Assembly (NCBI GenBank): GCA_965230895.1
Contig: OZ246394.1
Coordinates: 101,879-165,878, forward strand
Origin: an uncultured Gammaproteobacteria bacterium
GTDB taxonomy: Bacteria > Patescibacteriota > Microgenomatia > Levybacterales > UBA12049
Length of the DNA stretch: 64,000 nucleotides
Direction: 5' to 3'
The position numbers and the translations under genes were made by a program. Positions 19,106 through 28,615 of the stretch are shown here, in pieces (the stretch's first letter is position 1; every line of letters begins with the position of its first letter). The notes beneath the pieces are model-generated. The model was not told where the DNA came from. It made no database searches and saw nothing but the letters and a program-made list of their open reading frames with translations.

Positions 19106-19549
19106 ATGAATACTAAATCATCAAGAAATTTTGCACCAATATTTTTAATACTTATCATTATTCTCATTTTTACAGCAATTTTTCAGTACGTTAATAACAG
19201 TTCCAAACCTGGAGTAGATAACGCAAATACAACTGTCCCAACACTAGCTCCAACGCAAAAGGTTGAAGGATTACCAAAAGAACAACAATTAGAAGGAAAA
19301 GTATTGTGCCTTCCTCATAAAGATACCAGCGGTCCACAGACACTTGAATGTGCATTTGGTATACAAACTGATGATGGAAAGAATTATGCTTTAGATGCTG
19401 GAAGCACAAGTCCGTTGCCATATAATACTGGTGATCGTATCAGGGCAAACGGGGTGGTTACTCCAATCGAAGCATTAAGTAGTGATCATTGGCAAAAGTA
19501 TGATGTTGTAGGGATCTTCTCGATAAGAGATTCTTTAGAAGTTTTATAG
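19106..19549 (+). CDS. membrane-anchored hypothetical protein
   Basis: N-terminal TM (FAPIFLILIIILIFTAIF), then a small extracytoplasmic domain with 2 Cys. Confidence 0.4.
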   Translation: MNTKSSRNFAPIFLILIIILIFTAIFQYVNNSSKPGVDNANTTVPTLAPTQKVEGLPKEQQLEGKVLCLPHKDTSGPQTLECAFGIQTDDGKNYALDAGSTSPLPYNTGDRIRANGVVTPIEALSSDHWQKYDVVGIFSIRDSLEVL

Positions 19550-19578
19550 TGTAATTCCTTTACCTTCACACTAATTTT

Positions 19579-20595
19579 ATGACTCGAATTATGAAAAAAA
19601 TTACAATGATTTCTGCGTTGACGGTTTTGATAACCGTTTTTATTACAGCATTAAGTGCGGTGCTTTTTACTGTGAATAACCCTCGTTCTGTTATCGAATT
19701 GATTGAGCCACTTGTCCCGACTGTAACACCTGCACCAATTCATATGAAAGGAATTGCAGTGCTCGGCGATAGTCAATCAGATGAATATCGGGCTGATGAT
19801 AATAGAGGATATAACTATCCTGCGAGCACATTAAATTGGGTTGAAATTTTGCATAACGAACGAAAAGTAAATTTTGGTAAATGGGGAGTATGGGATGAAC
19901 CACGTAGAACAGGGTACGAATATAATTGGGCACGAACAGGGAATACTACTGCTTCAATGATTGAGAGCGATCATCCAAGTGGCGTTGCTCAGCAAATAAA
20001 GGAAGGAAAAGTGAATGTGGTTGTTATTTTTATAGGTGCAAATGATTTTGCTCCTTATATTACGTCAGATGGATATGATGCAATATATAATGAACAACTT
20101 TCTGAATCCGCAAAAAAAAGAAAAGTAAATCGTGTGATTGCGGATATTAAAACAGCAGTTTATACAGTTAAAGATGCTGGCGATGTCCGAATTCTTTTGG
20201 TAAAAGTTCCTGATTGGGGACAACATGTTGGAGTACAGGTCGCTTTTCCGTTCCCTGATCAACGCGCAGAAGTGAGTGCTGTTATCAATGATGTAAATAA
20301 AGAGTTGGATAAATTAGCACAAGATGAGAATCTTTTGACACTTGATCCAAATGGATTTTATAGTGATATCGTTTATAAAAATGAAGACAAAGGAACGACT
20401 ATTGATGGTGTAAAGCTTGAACGTTTACTCCTCAATAATAATCCAAAGAATTTTTACCTTGAAGATGGCGTGCATACCGGAACGGTTGTGAATGGTTTGT
20501 TGGCAAATGAAATCTTGAAGAAAATTAATCTCATGATAGATAATGATGTTCCACTTTTGACGCAAAAAGAGATTCGTCAAACAGCTGGATTATAA
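19579..20595 (+). CDS. SGNH/GDSL-family hydrolase, membrane-anchored
   Basis: Block I GIAVLGDSQSDEY (GDS nucleophile). Block III VVVIFIGANDFA. Candidate block V DGVHTG. Confidence 0.65.
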   Translation: MTRIMKKITMISALTVLITVFITALSAVLFTVNNPRSVIELIEPLVPTVTPAPIHMKGIAVLGDSQSDEYRADDNRGYNYPASTLNWVEILHNERKVNFGKWGVWDEPRRTGYEYNWARTGNTTASMIESDHPSGVAQQIKEGKVNVVVIFIGANDFAPYITSDGYDAIYNEQLSESAKKRKVNRVIADIKTAVYTVKDAGDVRILLVKVPDWGQHVGVQVAFPFPDQRAEVSAVINDVNKELDKLAQDENLLTLDPNGFYSDIVYKNEDKGTTIDGVKLERLLLNNNPKNFYLEDGVHTGTVVNGLLANEILKKINLMIDNDVPLLTQKEIRQTAGL

Positions 20596-20608
20596 AGGAG
20601 GTGAGCGT

Positions 20609-20872
20609 ATGGATAAGAAAAAGAATACAGCAGAGCTTGAAGTAAGTATCAATTTTGATACAACACCAATCCTTTATACAGATAGTATTTCAATGGCATC
20701 AAATGAAGATGGAATTGTTCTTGATGTTATGCAGCGAGTAGGGAGTACCAATAAAGTACGGGTAGTTTCAAGAATTGGTATGAGCCGCGAACATGCAAAA
20801 AAGTTTATAAAAGAGTGCGGAAATTTACTTGCAATAACAGAAGGTCAAAAGCAAACGGCAAAAACAAATTAA
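20609..20872 (+). CDS. DUF3467-like small protein
   Basis: 87 aa. ILYTDSISMASNEDGIVLDV...VVSRIGMSREHAKKFIKECGNLL resembles the DUF3467 family pattern. SD AAGGAGGTGA 5-6 nt upstream. Confidence 0.45.
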   Translation: MDKKKNTAELEVSINFDTTPILYTDSISMASNEDGIVLDVMQRVGSTNKVRVVSRIGMSREHAKKFIKECGNLLAITEGQKQTAKTN

Positions 20873-20934
20873 TTCTTACTCGATTGTAACAGCCTTTTTG
20901 TCTAAATCTTATTTCTAAGATTTAATATCATTTT

Positions 20935-21498
20935 ATGAATAATTCGTTAGCAGGCAAAAAAATAGCAATTCTTGCAACAAATGGAGTAGAACAATCAGAG
21001 CTTATAGAACCACGTAAAGCACTTGAAGAAGCAGGTGCAAAAACAGAATTACTCTCAATCCAAGAGGGTGAAATTAAAGCATGGGACAAAAAAGATTGGG
21101 GGGAAGCATTTTCAGTTAATAAGATTGTATCTTCCGTCAAAGTTGAAGATTATGATGGCTTAGTTTTGCCAGGAGGAGTTATGAATCCAGACTTTCTCCG
21201 TACGAATAAAGATGCTGTTACTTTCGTAAAACAGATATATAAATCAGGAAAGCCAATAGCGGCAATATGTCATGGACCTTGGACACTTATCGAAGCAAAT
21301 GTGGTTATAGGAAAGAAATTGACGTCATGGCCATCACTTCAAACAGACCTACGAAACGCAGGTGCAGAGTGGGTAGACGAAGAAGTAGTTGTTGATCAAG
21401 GACTTGTAACTTCTCGTAAACCTGATGACATTCCAGCATTTAATAAAAAGATGATTGAAGAGTTCGCAGAAGGGATTCATCATCACCAGTATAATTAA
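20935..21498 (+). CDS. DJ-1/PfpI-family protein (class I glutamine amidotransferase-like)
   Basis: Nucleophile elbow AAICHGPWTL, preceded by GLVLPGG and followed by VDQGLVTSRKPDD; typical PfpI/YhbO layout. Confidence 0.8.
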   Translation: MNNSLAGKKIAILATNGVEQSELIEPRKALEEAGAKTELLSIQEGEIKAWDKKDWGEAFSVNKIVSSVKVEDYDGLVLPGGVMNPDFLRTNKDAVTFVKQIYKSGKPIAAICHGPWTLIEANVVIGKKLTSWPSLQTDLRNAGAEWVDEEVVVDQGLVTSRKPDDIPAFNKKMIEEFAEGIHHHQYN

Positions 21499-21536
21499 TC
21501 GTTGACTCCGTATAGCTAGAGGTCCATAATCAGTAT

Positions 21537-23270
21537 ATGGAAGTACTGCTTTTATTTGCTTTTCTTTCCGGTCTTGTCACTATATTTGCCCCATGTATAT
21601 GGCCTCTGCTTCCGATTATTTTGTCCGCAAGTTCTAGCGGTGGACATAGAAAACCGCTAGGGATAACATTAGGAATTGTTATTAGTTTTGCAGTAATAAC
21701 CCTCACCATTTCCTACATCGTAAAAATTATTCCTTTCAATCCAGACGCTCTCAGATATTTTGCTGTTATCATTATTGGAATTCTTGGATTATCATTAGTA
21801 GTTCCAGCATTATCGAAAATATTGGAAGGATCAATGAGTCGCTTGAGTGGGAAGTTAGGTCTTGTTTCAGACCCTAATAAAACTGGATTTTGGGCAGGCT
21901 TTTTAACGGGATTTGCTTTGGGTATCGTTTGGACTCCTTGTGCTGGACCAATACTCGCGACGATAGCAACACTTGCTGCAACTCAAGCAGTTAATTTTAA
22001 TGTTGTCCTTGTAACAATTGTCTATGTCATTGGTGTCGGTATCCCATTATTCATTTTTGCAACTGCTGGGAGCGCTCTCTTTGCCCGAAGTCGCTTTCTC
22101 TCAAAATATACGGGGAGAATACAGCAAGTCTTTGGAGTTATTATGATTTTGACAGCAGTTGCTATCGCAACAGGCTATGATAAGACTTTGCAAGTGCAGC
22201 TCCTTAACACGTTTCCTTCCTATGGAAAATTCTTAACAAATTTAGAAAATAATGAAGCAGTTACTAAACAACTTAATTCTCTGAAAGGGAATGAAAATTC
22301 GCAATCAAATAATCCTATTCAAATAGTTGGTGAAAGTGGAGATCCTGCACCAGAATTTACAGGGATTACAAAATGGATAAATACAGATAATAAACAATTA
22401 ACAATGAATGATTTGAGGGGGAAAGTTGTCCTTATAGATTTCTGGACATATACCTGTATTACCTGTATTCGAACATTACCGTATGTTACGGGGTGGTACG
22501 AGAAGTATAAGGACGATGGATTCGTCGTCGTTGGTGTGCATGCTCCTGAGTTTGAATTCGAAAAGAATACAGATAATGTCCTTGATGCTATCAAGCGCTA
22601 TAAAATAAATTATCCAGTTGCACAAGATAATAATTTTGATACATGGAAAGCCTACAATAATCAATATTGGCCAGCTAAATATCTCATTGATGCCAATGGA
22701 AGAATACGCTACTCTCATTTTGGTGAAGGTGACTATGAAAAAACAGAACAGGCAATTCAACAGTTACTACGGGAGAATGGCAAAAAGGTAGATACAAGCA
22801 TTGATAAAGCCGATGAATCAGTCTATTCAAATCAAATGTCTCCTGAAACATATTTCGGTTCTGACAGAATGCAATATTTGGTGACACAAGGAAGAGTTGA
22901 TAATGGCGTACAAACATTTACAATTCAAAAAACACTTCCAAATAATAGATTCTCATTTGGTGGACAGTGGAATATTACAGATCAGTATGCCGAGACACAA
23001 GCAATTTCTGCTTTAGCGTATAAATTTACTGCAAAGAAAGTTTTTATCGTTCTTAAAAAAGGTACTTCTGTTAATGGAACTATTCGTGTTCTCGTGGATG
23101 GCAAAGTTGTAGACCAAAGTATTGCTGGCGCTGATGTCAAAAACGGGATTGTCTCAGTTGAAAAGGACAGACTTTATGAGCTCGTCAATCTTCAAGAGAT
23201 AGGGACTCACTTGCTTGAGTTACAATTTATGAAACCGGGAATTCAAGTCTATACTTTTACTTTCGGCTAA
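21537..23270 (+). CDS. DsbD/CcdA-type transmembrane thiol-disulfide transporter fused to a thioredoxin-like (TlpA/redoxin) domain and a C-terminal beta domain
   Basis: Six TM helices with Cys in TM1 (FAPCIWPLLP) and TM4 (WTPCAGPILA). Redoxin domain with WTYTCITC (CxxC). A further ~170 aa of unknown function. Confidence 0.7.
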   Translation: MEVLLLFAFLSGLVTIFAPCIWPLLPIILSASSSGGHRKPLGITLGIVISFAVITLTISYIVKIIPFNPDALRYFAVIIIGILGLSLVVPALSKILEGSMSRLSGKLGLVSDPNKTGFWAGFLTGFALGIVWTPCAGPILATIATLAATQAVNFNVVLVTIVYVIGVGIPLFIFATAGSALFARSRFLSKYTGRIQQVFGVIMILTAVAIATGYDKTLQVQLLNTFPSYGKFLTNLENNEAVTKQLNSLKGNENSQSNNPIQIVGESGDPAPEFTGITKWINTDNKQLTMNDLRGKVVLIDFWTYTCITCIRTLPYVTGWYEKYKDDGFVVVGVHAPEFEFEKNTDNVLDAIKRYKINYPVAQDNNFDTWKAYNNQYWPAKYLIDANGRIRYSHFGEGDYEKTEQAIQQLLRENGKKVDTSIDKADESVYSNQMSPETYFGSDRMQYLVTQGRVDNGVQTFTIQKTLPNNRFSFGGQWNITDQYAETQAISALAYKFTAKKVFIVLKKGTSVNGTIRVLVDGKVVDQSIAGADVKNGIVSVEKDRLYELVNLQEIGTHLLELQFMKPGIQVYTFTFG

Positions 23271-23276
23271 TTGCTC

Positions 23277-24179
23277 CTAATACTTTTTTAATTTTGCAAT
23301 CGCTACAAAGATTACACCTATTAATAACATCCCAATGCTTACATATATTTGTATCTTTGCATATTCTTGCATAAAAAGATTCATAAGTTGTAGCATAATT
23401 GGTGCAAACGTTGCCAGAAAATTTTCTGAGCTGATCAATGTTGACTTCAACAACTCTTTCACTGCGATTTGATTAAAAAATATCATCCCATATCCGAAAG
23501 CGCTTGCAGTAATAAATGAAGAACCGATCCATGTAAGTCGAGCCTTAGCGGAATTATTTATTCGTAGTTGTACTAAAAGAAGACCAATTAACAATGCAAT
23601 AAGTATCGGGGTAACGATTTTCATTATTCCATAGAATGTTTTTAAGCCTAAAAAGTATTCTCCAACTGGAACTGTAAAATCATTTTGTGCCAGTGTTGTT
23701 AGCGCGTCGGTATTTCCTTGAGCAGTTGGATCTCCTGAAGATTGCTCAAGCGCCTGCTCTCCGTTTCCTTGATTTTGATTTGCCAAATATCTAATTTGTG
23801 CAAACTGTTCTTCAAATTCCGGATTGGAAGTAAGCATATCTGCTTTTATATCAGTAAAGGAAAGAACAGGTGAAGGGCCGTCTTTTGTAATCCATATGTA
23901 TCCATCATCAATTAGTTTGTCTGTTTTTTCTTGAACATACGCTGGAGTGAATCTGTCATAAATTTGTTTGGAAAGAAAAGCGGTTTGATCATCTTGTTTC
24001 CCTTCAGGTTGTACTGAAATTAAAAAGTCACTTATATTTGCATAGACATCTGATTGGGCTAACCCCTTTTTTAGTTCTTGAGGGGTCGTCCCACCATACA
24101 TTAATTCAGCCACAAAGATTGTAAAAGGAGAGAGTATTGCAAAAATAAAAAGTATTGCAAGTTTCATGAGCTCATACAA
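23277..24179 (-). CDS. integral membrane protein, unknown function
   Basis: N-terminal TM plus a C-terminal cluster of 3-4 TM helices. No motif recognised. Confidence 0.4.
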   Translation of the reverse strand: MYELMKLAILFIFAILSPFTIFVAELMYGGTTPQELKKGLAQSDVYANISDFLISVQPEGKQDDQTAFLSKQIYDRFTPAYVQEKTDKLIDDGYIWITKDGPSPVLSFTDIKADMLTSNPEFEEQFAQIRYLANQNQGNGEQALEQSSGDPTAQGNTDALTTLAQNDFTVPVGEYFLGLKTFYGIMKIVTPILIALLIGLLLVQLRINNSAKARLTWIGSSFITASAFGYGMIFFNQIAVKELLKSTLISSENFLATFAPIMLQLMNLFMQEYAKIQIYVSIGMLLIGVIFVAIAKLKKY

Positions 24180-24312
24180 AGCATAGCAATTTCTCGAAGC
24201 TTTATCTAGCTGGTTCTACGAAATATGCGTTCGCAAGAAAACGGTAAGACTGAAGCTGATGATTTTTTGCTGACTTTGAAAATAATGTAAAGTAGTCCTA
24301 TACTTCCCACAA

Positions 24313-24810
24313 ATGGTAGAACACGAAGGAAAAGTAAGATTTACATATACTGCAAGTAGCGTTGCAGAGAAATTACTTCCCAATGAACGAGATGCTGAAG
24401 CGGGACATAATAGGGAAGGCGCAGATATATTGCGCGCGAGATTACCTATTGCAAAAGAGGAATCAGTTTATCCTGTTGGGGATCTGCTTTCAACAGTGGT
24501 CCGACATACAAATGGCAATATGAGCGGTATTGTTGCTGAATTTATATATACTCATGCTACCCGTCCTCCAAATGAACTTTCTGAAGAGGAGCAACGAGTA
24601 CTTCTACGCGGAGCATTAATTTTTGATATAAGTTGGCACAGTAGTAGGTACGCAAGAGATCGCAATGCAAAGACTCATGGCTTACCGGAACATCAAATAG
24701 TACGTATGAGGAGAGAACGGCTGATGGAACTTGATGAGACAACTCCTATTCTCTTTCATCCACAAACTCCACCTGAGCAGCCTGTTCAAAAGAAGAGGAA
24801 GAATAACTGA
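24313..24810 (+). CDS. hypothetical protein (Arg/Glu/His-rich, locally GC-richer)
   Basis: 165 aa in a clean ORF. No recognisable domain. Confidence 0.35.
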   Translation: MVEHEGKVRFTYTASSVAEKLLPNERDAEAGHNREGADILRARLPIAKEESVYPVGDLLSTVVRHTNGNMSGIVAEFIYTHATRPPNELSEEEQRVLLRGALIFDISWHSSRYARDRNAKTHGLPEHQIVRMRRERLMELDETTPILFHPQTPPEQPVQKKRKNN

Positions 24811-24844
24811 TCTCTTTAATGCTATTGCTACATGAAATGATCAG

Positions 24845-25327
24845 TTGTACAGCATTAGTTTACGTGATAAACTAATTGCGAACATGAGTAAGAATGAAGA
24901 TATCGAGACGCTTTTTAATACAATGATGCAGCTCGGTAAGCTCATGTCCCAAAGAACAAAAGAATCTTATGAGGAGCAGGCAGCTACATCTTTACAATTC
25001 TACGCACTTGGATATATCCGCGAAAATCAGAATGCGACTGTTACCGAAATTGCCGAGCGACTAAAACTTTCGAAGTCGTCTGCGACCCAGTTGATAGAAC
25101 GTTTAGCGACGGCAAATTCAGTCGAGCGTAAAAGCGATGAAAGTGATAAGAGAATTACTCGCTTAGCATTAACAGATAAAGGACTAGAAGAGCTGACGGT
25201 AATGAAAACAAAGTTCATCTCATCATTAAAAGAAGCCTTTGCGGATATACCAAAAAGCGATGTCTTAGAGTTAATCCGAATTCATACAAATATGATTGAA
25301 TCGTTGAAGAAGAGCAAGCATGAATAA
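24845..25327 (+). CDS. MarR-family transcriptional regulator
   Basis: Winged-HTH pattern (ATVTEIAERLKLSKSSATQLIERL...DKRITRLALTDKG), 160 aa. Directly upstream of the efflux genes, overlapping them by 8 bp. Confidence 0.7.
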   Translation: MYSISLRDKLIANMSKNEDIETLFNTMMQLGKLMSQRTKESYEEQAATSLQFYALGYIRENQNATVTEIAERLKLSKSSATQLIERLATANSVERKSDESDKRITRLALTDKGLEELTVMKTKFISSLKEAFADIPKSDVLELIRIHTNMIESLKKSKHE

Positions 25328-26663
25328 CGTTAAACATATAGTATCAAAAATAAAAAAACCGTTTATCTGGTTCAAAAATACTCGTAGACGAAATAAAGTG
25401 TTTACACTTGTTGGGCTCCTTATTGTTCTCAGTATAGTTGGAGGACAAATTGCTGATGCACTTGCACCATCTCCATATGTAACGCAAAAAGTAACAAGAG
25501 GAGATATTGAACAATTTGTTTCTGAAACAGGGAATGTTGCTACAGCCGGTCGGGTAGACGTAGATTCAACCGCAACAGGTATTATTGAAGCAATTTATGT
25601 TAACAATGGTGACACCGTAACAACAGGTCAGCAATTATTTGAAGTAAGAAGTACTGCAACTGACCAGGAAAAAGCTTCCGCAAATGCTACGTATCAGAAT
25701 GCGTTAAGCAACTTAGCAACTGCACAGCAAACAAAGGATAGTCTTGACGCTGCTATGTGGGCAAAACGCCAAGCATATCTTGATGCCCAAAATACCCAAA
25801 ACTATATGAACGATCACTCAAAGAACCCGTCTACAAATGCGGATTACACAGCACTTGAAAAGGAAAATGTTAAATCTTCTGTCGTAACGACAGAGAAAGA
25901 CTTCAAAGCATCCGAGAAAAAATACCAAGAAGCAGATATCGCTGTAAGAGCGGCTCAAGCACAAGTTACATCTGCTCAATTGTCTTACCAATCAACACAA
26001 GATGTTGTCGTGAAGGCCCCTGCCGAAGGGACAGTAACCAACTTATCGTTTAGAGTTGGAGATAAAGTCACATCAGGTGGTGGAGCAAGTCTAGGTGTTG
26101 CAGCAGCAGGGGGAGCTGAAGCATCAGCAGCAAGTCTCTCTTCTGGCGGCGGGGGAACACCTGTACTCACAATTGCAAACCTTGTTGATTACTCCATCAA
26201 AATTGCGGTCAATGAAGTTGATATCCCCAAGATTAAAGTTGCACAAAGAGCCGAAGTTACACTCGATGCTTTCTCCAATAGAAAATTTGATGGTATTATA
26301 ACGCACGTTGATTCTGTTGGGACAAACACACAAGGTGTTGTTACATACAATGTTGTTATCGATATTACAGATCCTATCGATACAATTCGTCCAGGTATGA
26401 CAGCAAATGTAGATATTACTGTTGATAAAGCAACTAATGTTTTGACTGTCTCAAATAGTTCTGTAAAGCCTTACAAGGGTGGAAGAGCAGTCCGCATTAT
26501 AGATCCAAATAATAAGAAAGAAATAAAATATGTTCCTGTTGAGATTGGTCTGAAGGGTGATGATAAAACAGAAATTATCAAAGGTGTCTCCGAAGGTCAA
26601 GAAGTTATTACTTCGCTTACAAATGACCAAGTGCAAAGACCAAGTTCCGGTGGTCCATTTTAA
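25320..26663 (+). CDS. HlyD/MacA-type periplasmic adaptor (membrane fusion protein)
   Basis: N-terminal TM, lipoyl-like hairpin (GIIEAIYVNNGDTVTTGQQLFEV), long coiled-coil, beta-barrel segments, and a Gly/Ala/Ser-rich linker. Confidence 0.7.
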   Translation: MNNVKHIVSKIKKPFIWFKNTRRRNKVFTLVGLLIVLSIVGGQIADALAPSPYVTQKVTRGDIEQFVSETGNVATAGRVDVDSTATGIIEAIYVNNGDTVTTGQQLFEVRSTATDQEKASANATYQNALSNLATAQQTKDSLDAAMWAKRQAYLDAQNTQNYMNDHSKNPSTNADYTALEKENVKSSVVTTEKDFKASEKKYQEADIAVRAAQAQVTSAQLSYQSTQDVVVKAPAEGTVTNLSFRVGDKVTSGGGASLGVAAAGGAEASAASLSSGGGGTPVLTIANLVDYSIKIAVNEVDIPKIKVAQRAEVTLDAFSNRKFDGIITHVDSVGTNTQGVVTYNVVIDITDPIDTIRPGMTANVDITVDKATNVLTVSNSSVKPYKGGRAVRIIDPNNKKEIKYVPVEIGLKGDDKTEIIKGVSEGQEVITSLTNDQVQRPSSGGPF

Positions 26664-26665
26664 TC

Positions 26666-27361
26666 ATGGCTAAAACTCCTCTTATTCATCTAGAAAATGT
26701 TATTAAGAACTATCCACTTGCTGATAGAGAATTTTATCAAGCTTTAAAAGGTGTTTCGTTAACAATCAATGAAGGAGAATTTGTCGCTATCATGGGTCCA
26801 TCTGGAAGTGGTAAATCTACTACAATGCATATTATTGGTGCTCTGGATAATCCAACAAGCGGCAAGTACGAATTAAAAGGGAAAGATATTGCGAGTTTTT
26901 CTCCTGATCAGTTATCAGATATTCGTAATAAAGAAATCGGTTTTGTTTTCCAATCATTTAATCTTCTTCCAAGAACAACTGTTCTTAAGAATGTAGAACG
27001 CCCGATGGTCTATGCGGGGATTCCTCCAGAAGAAAGAACAGCTCGGGCGATGAAGGCATTAGAATTAGTGCACATTGAGAATAAAGCAAATAATCTATCG
27101 AACCATATTTCAGGAGGACAAATTCAAAGAGTCGCTATCGCTCGTGCCATTGTTATGAATCCTTCAATTATTCTTGCGGATGAGCCAACAGGAAATTTGG
27201 ATACTGTCACTTCAAATGAAGTCATGGAGTATTTTACAAAATTAAATGAATCAGGAAAAACAATTATTGTCATTACCCATGAAGAAGATATCGCAAAATA
27301 TGTAAAGCGAGTTATTAGAATTGTTGACGGCAAGATCCTTTCAGATAAAAAACAAAAATAA
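26666..27361 (+). CDS. MacB/LolD-type ABC transporter ATP-binding protein
   Basis: Walker A GPSGSGKST, signature ISGGQIQR, Walker B ILADEPTGNLD, H-loop ITHEED. Confidence 0.85.
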   Translation: MAKTPLIHLENVIKNYPLADREFYQALKGVSLTINEGEFVAIMGPSGSGKSTTMHIIGALDNPTSGKYELKGKDIASFSPDQLSDIRNKEIGFVFQSFNLLPRTTVLKNVERPMVYAGIPPEERTARAMKALELVHIENKANNLSNHISGGQIQRVAIARAIVMNPSIILADEPTGNLDTVTSNEVMEYFTKLNESGKTIIVITHEEDIAKYVKRVIRIVDGKILSDKKQK

Positions 27362-27362
27362 T

Positions 27363-28574
27363 ATGGATTACAAAGAACTTATACAAACATCACTTCAGTC
27401 ATTGCGACGAAATGTTCTCCGAACATCATTAACAATGCTTGGTATTATCATAGGTATTACATCAGTTATCCTGATTGTTTCAATTGGTCGTGGTGCTGTA
27501 GCTTTTATTACGAATGAACTTTCAAGTTTTGGGACGGATTATTTCCAAATTAATCCTGGTCAAAGTAATTTTGATTCTTTTGCTGGTGCGAATACTTTGA
27601 CACTCGATGATGTTGAAGCAATAAAGAATGATAAATCATTTACTAACATTAGTAGGGTTGTTCCTATTGCATCTGCAGCGACAGTTGTTTCCGCAAATGG
27701 GGAAGAAGATAATATCAATGTCACAGGAACTGGTGCTGAGATTATCGAAATTCTTCGACCCGAAATGATCTATGGAGAATTTCTAACTGAAGAAAATGAT
27801 ATTACTGCTGAACGTGTTGCTGTCCTTGGATCAGATGCGGCGGAAACATTTTTTGGAGAGGAAACAAATCCTGTTGGAGAAAGAATTAGAATAAATAATA
27901 TTCCATTTCGTGTCATTGGTGTTGCCAAATCAGAAAGCGCACTTGCTGGAGCAGTTTTGAATAAATCAATTTATGTTCCCATAAATGTAGTCTTTAACGA
28001 AATTCAGGGAGAAGAAAAGATTCAAGAGATCGATGTCAGTGTCCATGATGAAAATCAAATTAACCAAACAATGGAAGACGTAGAAATTCTTTTGCGAGAC
28101 AGACATAATATAGCAGAGGATGAAGAAAATGATTTCCAAATTACGAGTGCGCAAGATATCCTGACCACAGTCCAAACAATTACCGGGCTTCTTACTACAA
28201 TGATTGCTGCAATTTCAGGTATTTCTCTTGTTGTTGGTGGAGTGGGTGTCATGAATATTATGTTGGTTTCTGTCACGGAACGTACAAGGGAAATTGGTTT
28301 GCTTAAAGCAATTGGTGCAAAGGAAAAAGATATCCTTACGCAATTTCTTATTGAAGCAGTAGTCATGACGGTGCTTGGCGGAATCATTGGAATTATTTTT
28401 GGTGTTGCTGGTGCATATCTTATATCGCAAGCGGTGAATATACCATTTGTTGTTGATTATGTAGGAATCCTTGTGGCAGTGGGTGTGTCTACAGCAGTAG
28501 GTCTGATTTTTGGATATTATCCTGCAAAAAGAGCGGCGAAGCTTTCTCCAATAGATGCGTTGAGACATGAATAA
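27363..28574 (+). CDS. MacB/FtsX-type ABC transporter permease
   Basis: N-terminal TM, large periplasmic MacB_PCD-like domain, then the C-terminal FtsX 3-TM bundle. The ATG at 27363 directly follows the upstream TAA. The ORF-track start 27321 overlaps the ATPase by 41 nt and is less likely. Confidence 0.8.
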   Translation: MDYKELIQTSLQSLRRNVLRTSLTMLGIIIGITSVILIVSIGRGAVAFITNELSSFGTDYFQINPGQSNFDSFAGANTLTLDDVEAIKNDKSFTNISRVVPIASAATVVSANGEEDNINVTGTGAEIIEILRPEMIYGEFLTEENDITAERVAVLGSDAAETFFGEETNPVGERIRINNIPFRVIGVAKSESALAGAVLNKSIYVPINVVFNEIQGEEKIQEIDVSVHDENQINQTMEDVEILLRDRHNIAEDEENDFQITSAQDILTTVQTITGLLTTMIAAISGISLVVGGVGVMNIMLVSVTERTREIGLLKAIGAKEKDILTQFLIEAVVMTVLGGIIGIIFGVAGAYLISQAVNIPFVVDYVGILVAVGVSTAVGLIFGYYPAKRAAKLSPIDALRHE

Positions 28575-28615
28575 ATTCTTGACGAAGCATAATAATTTGT
28601 TTACTATAAATTGCA

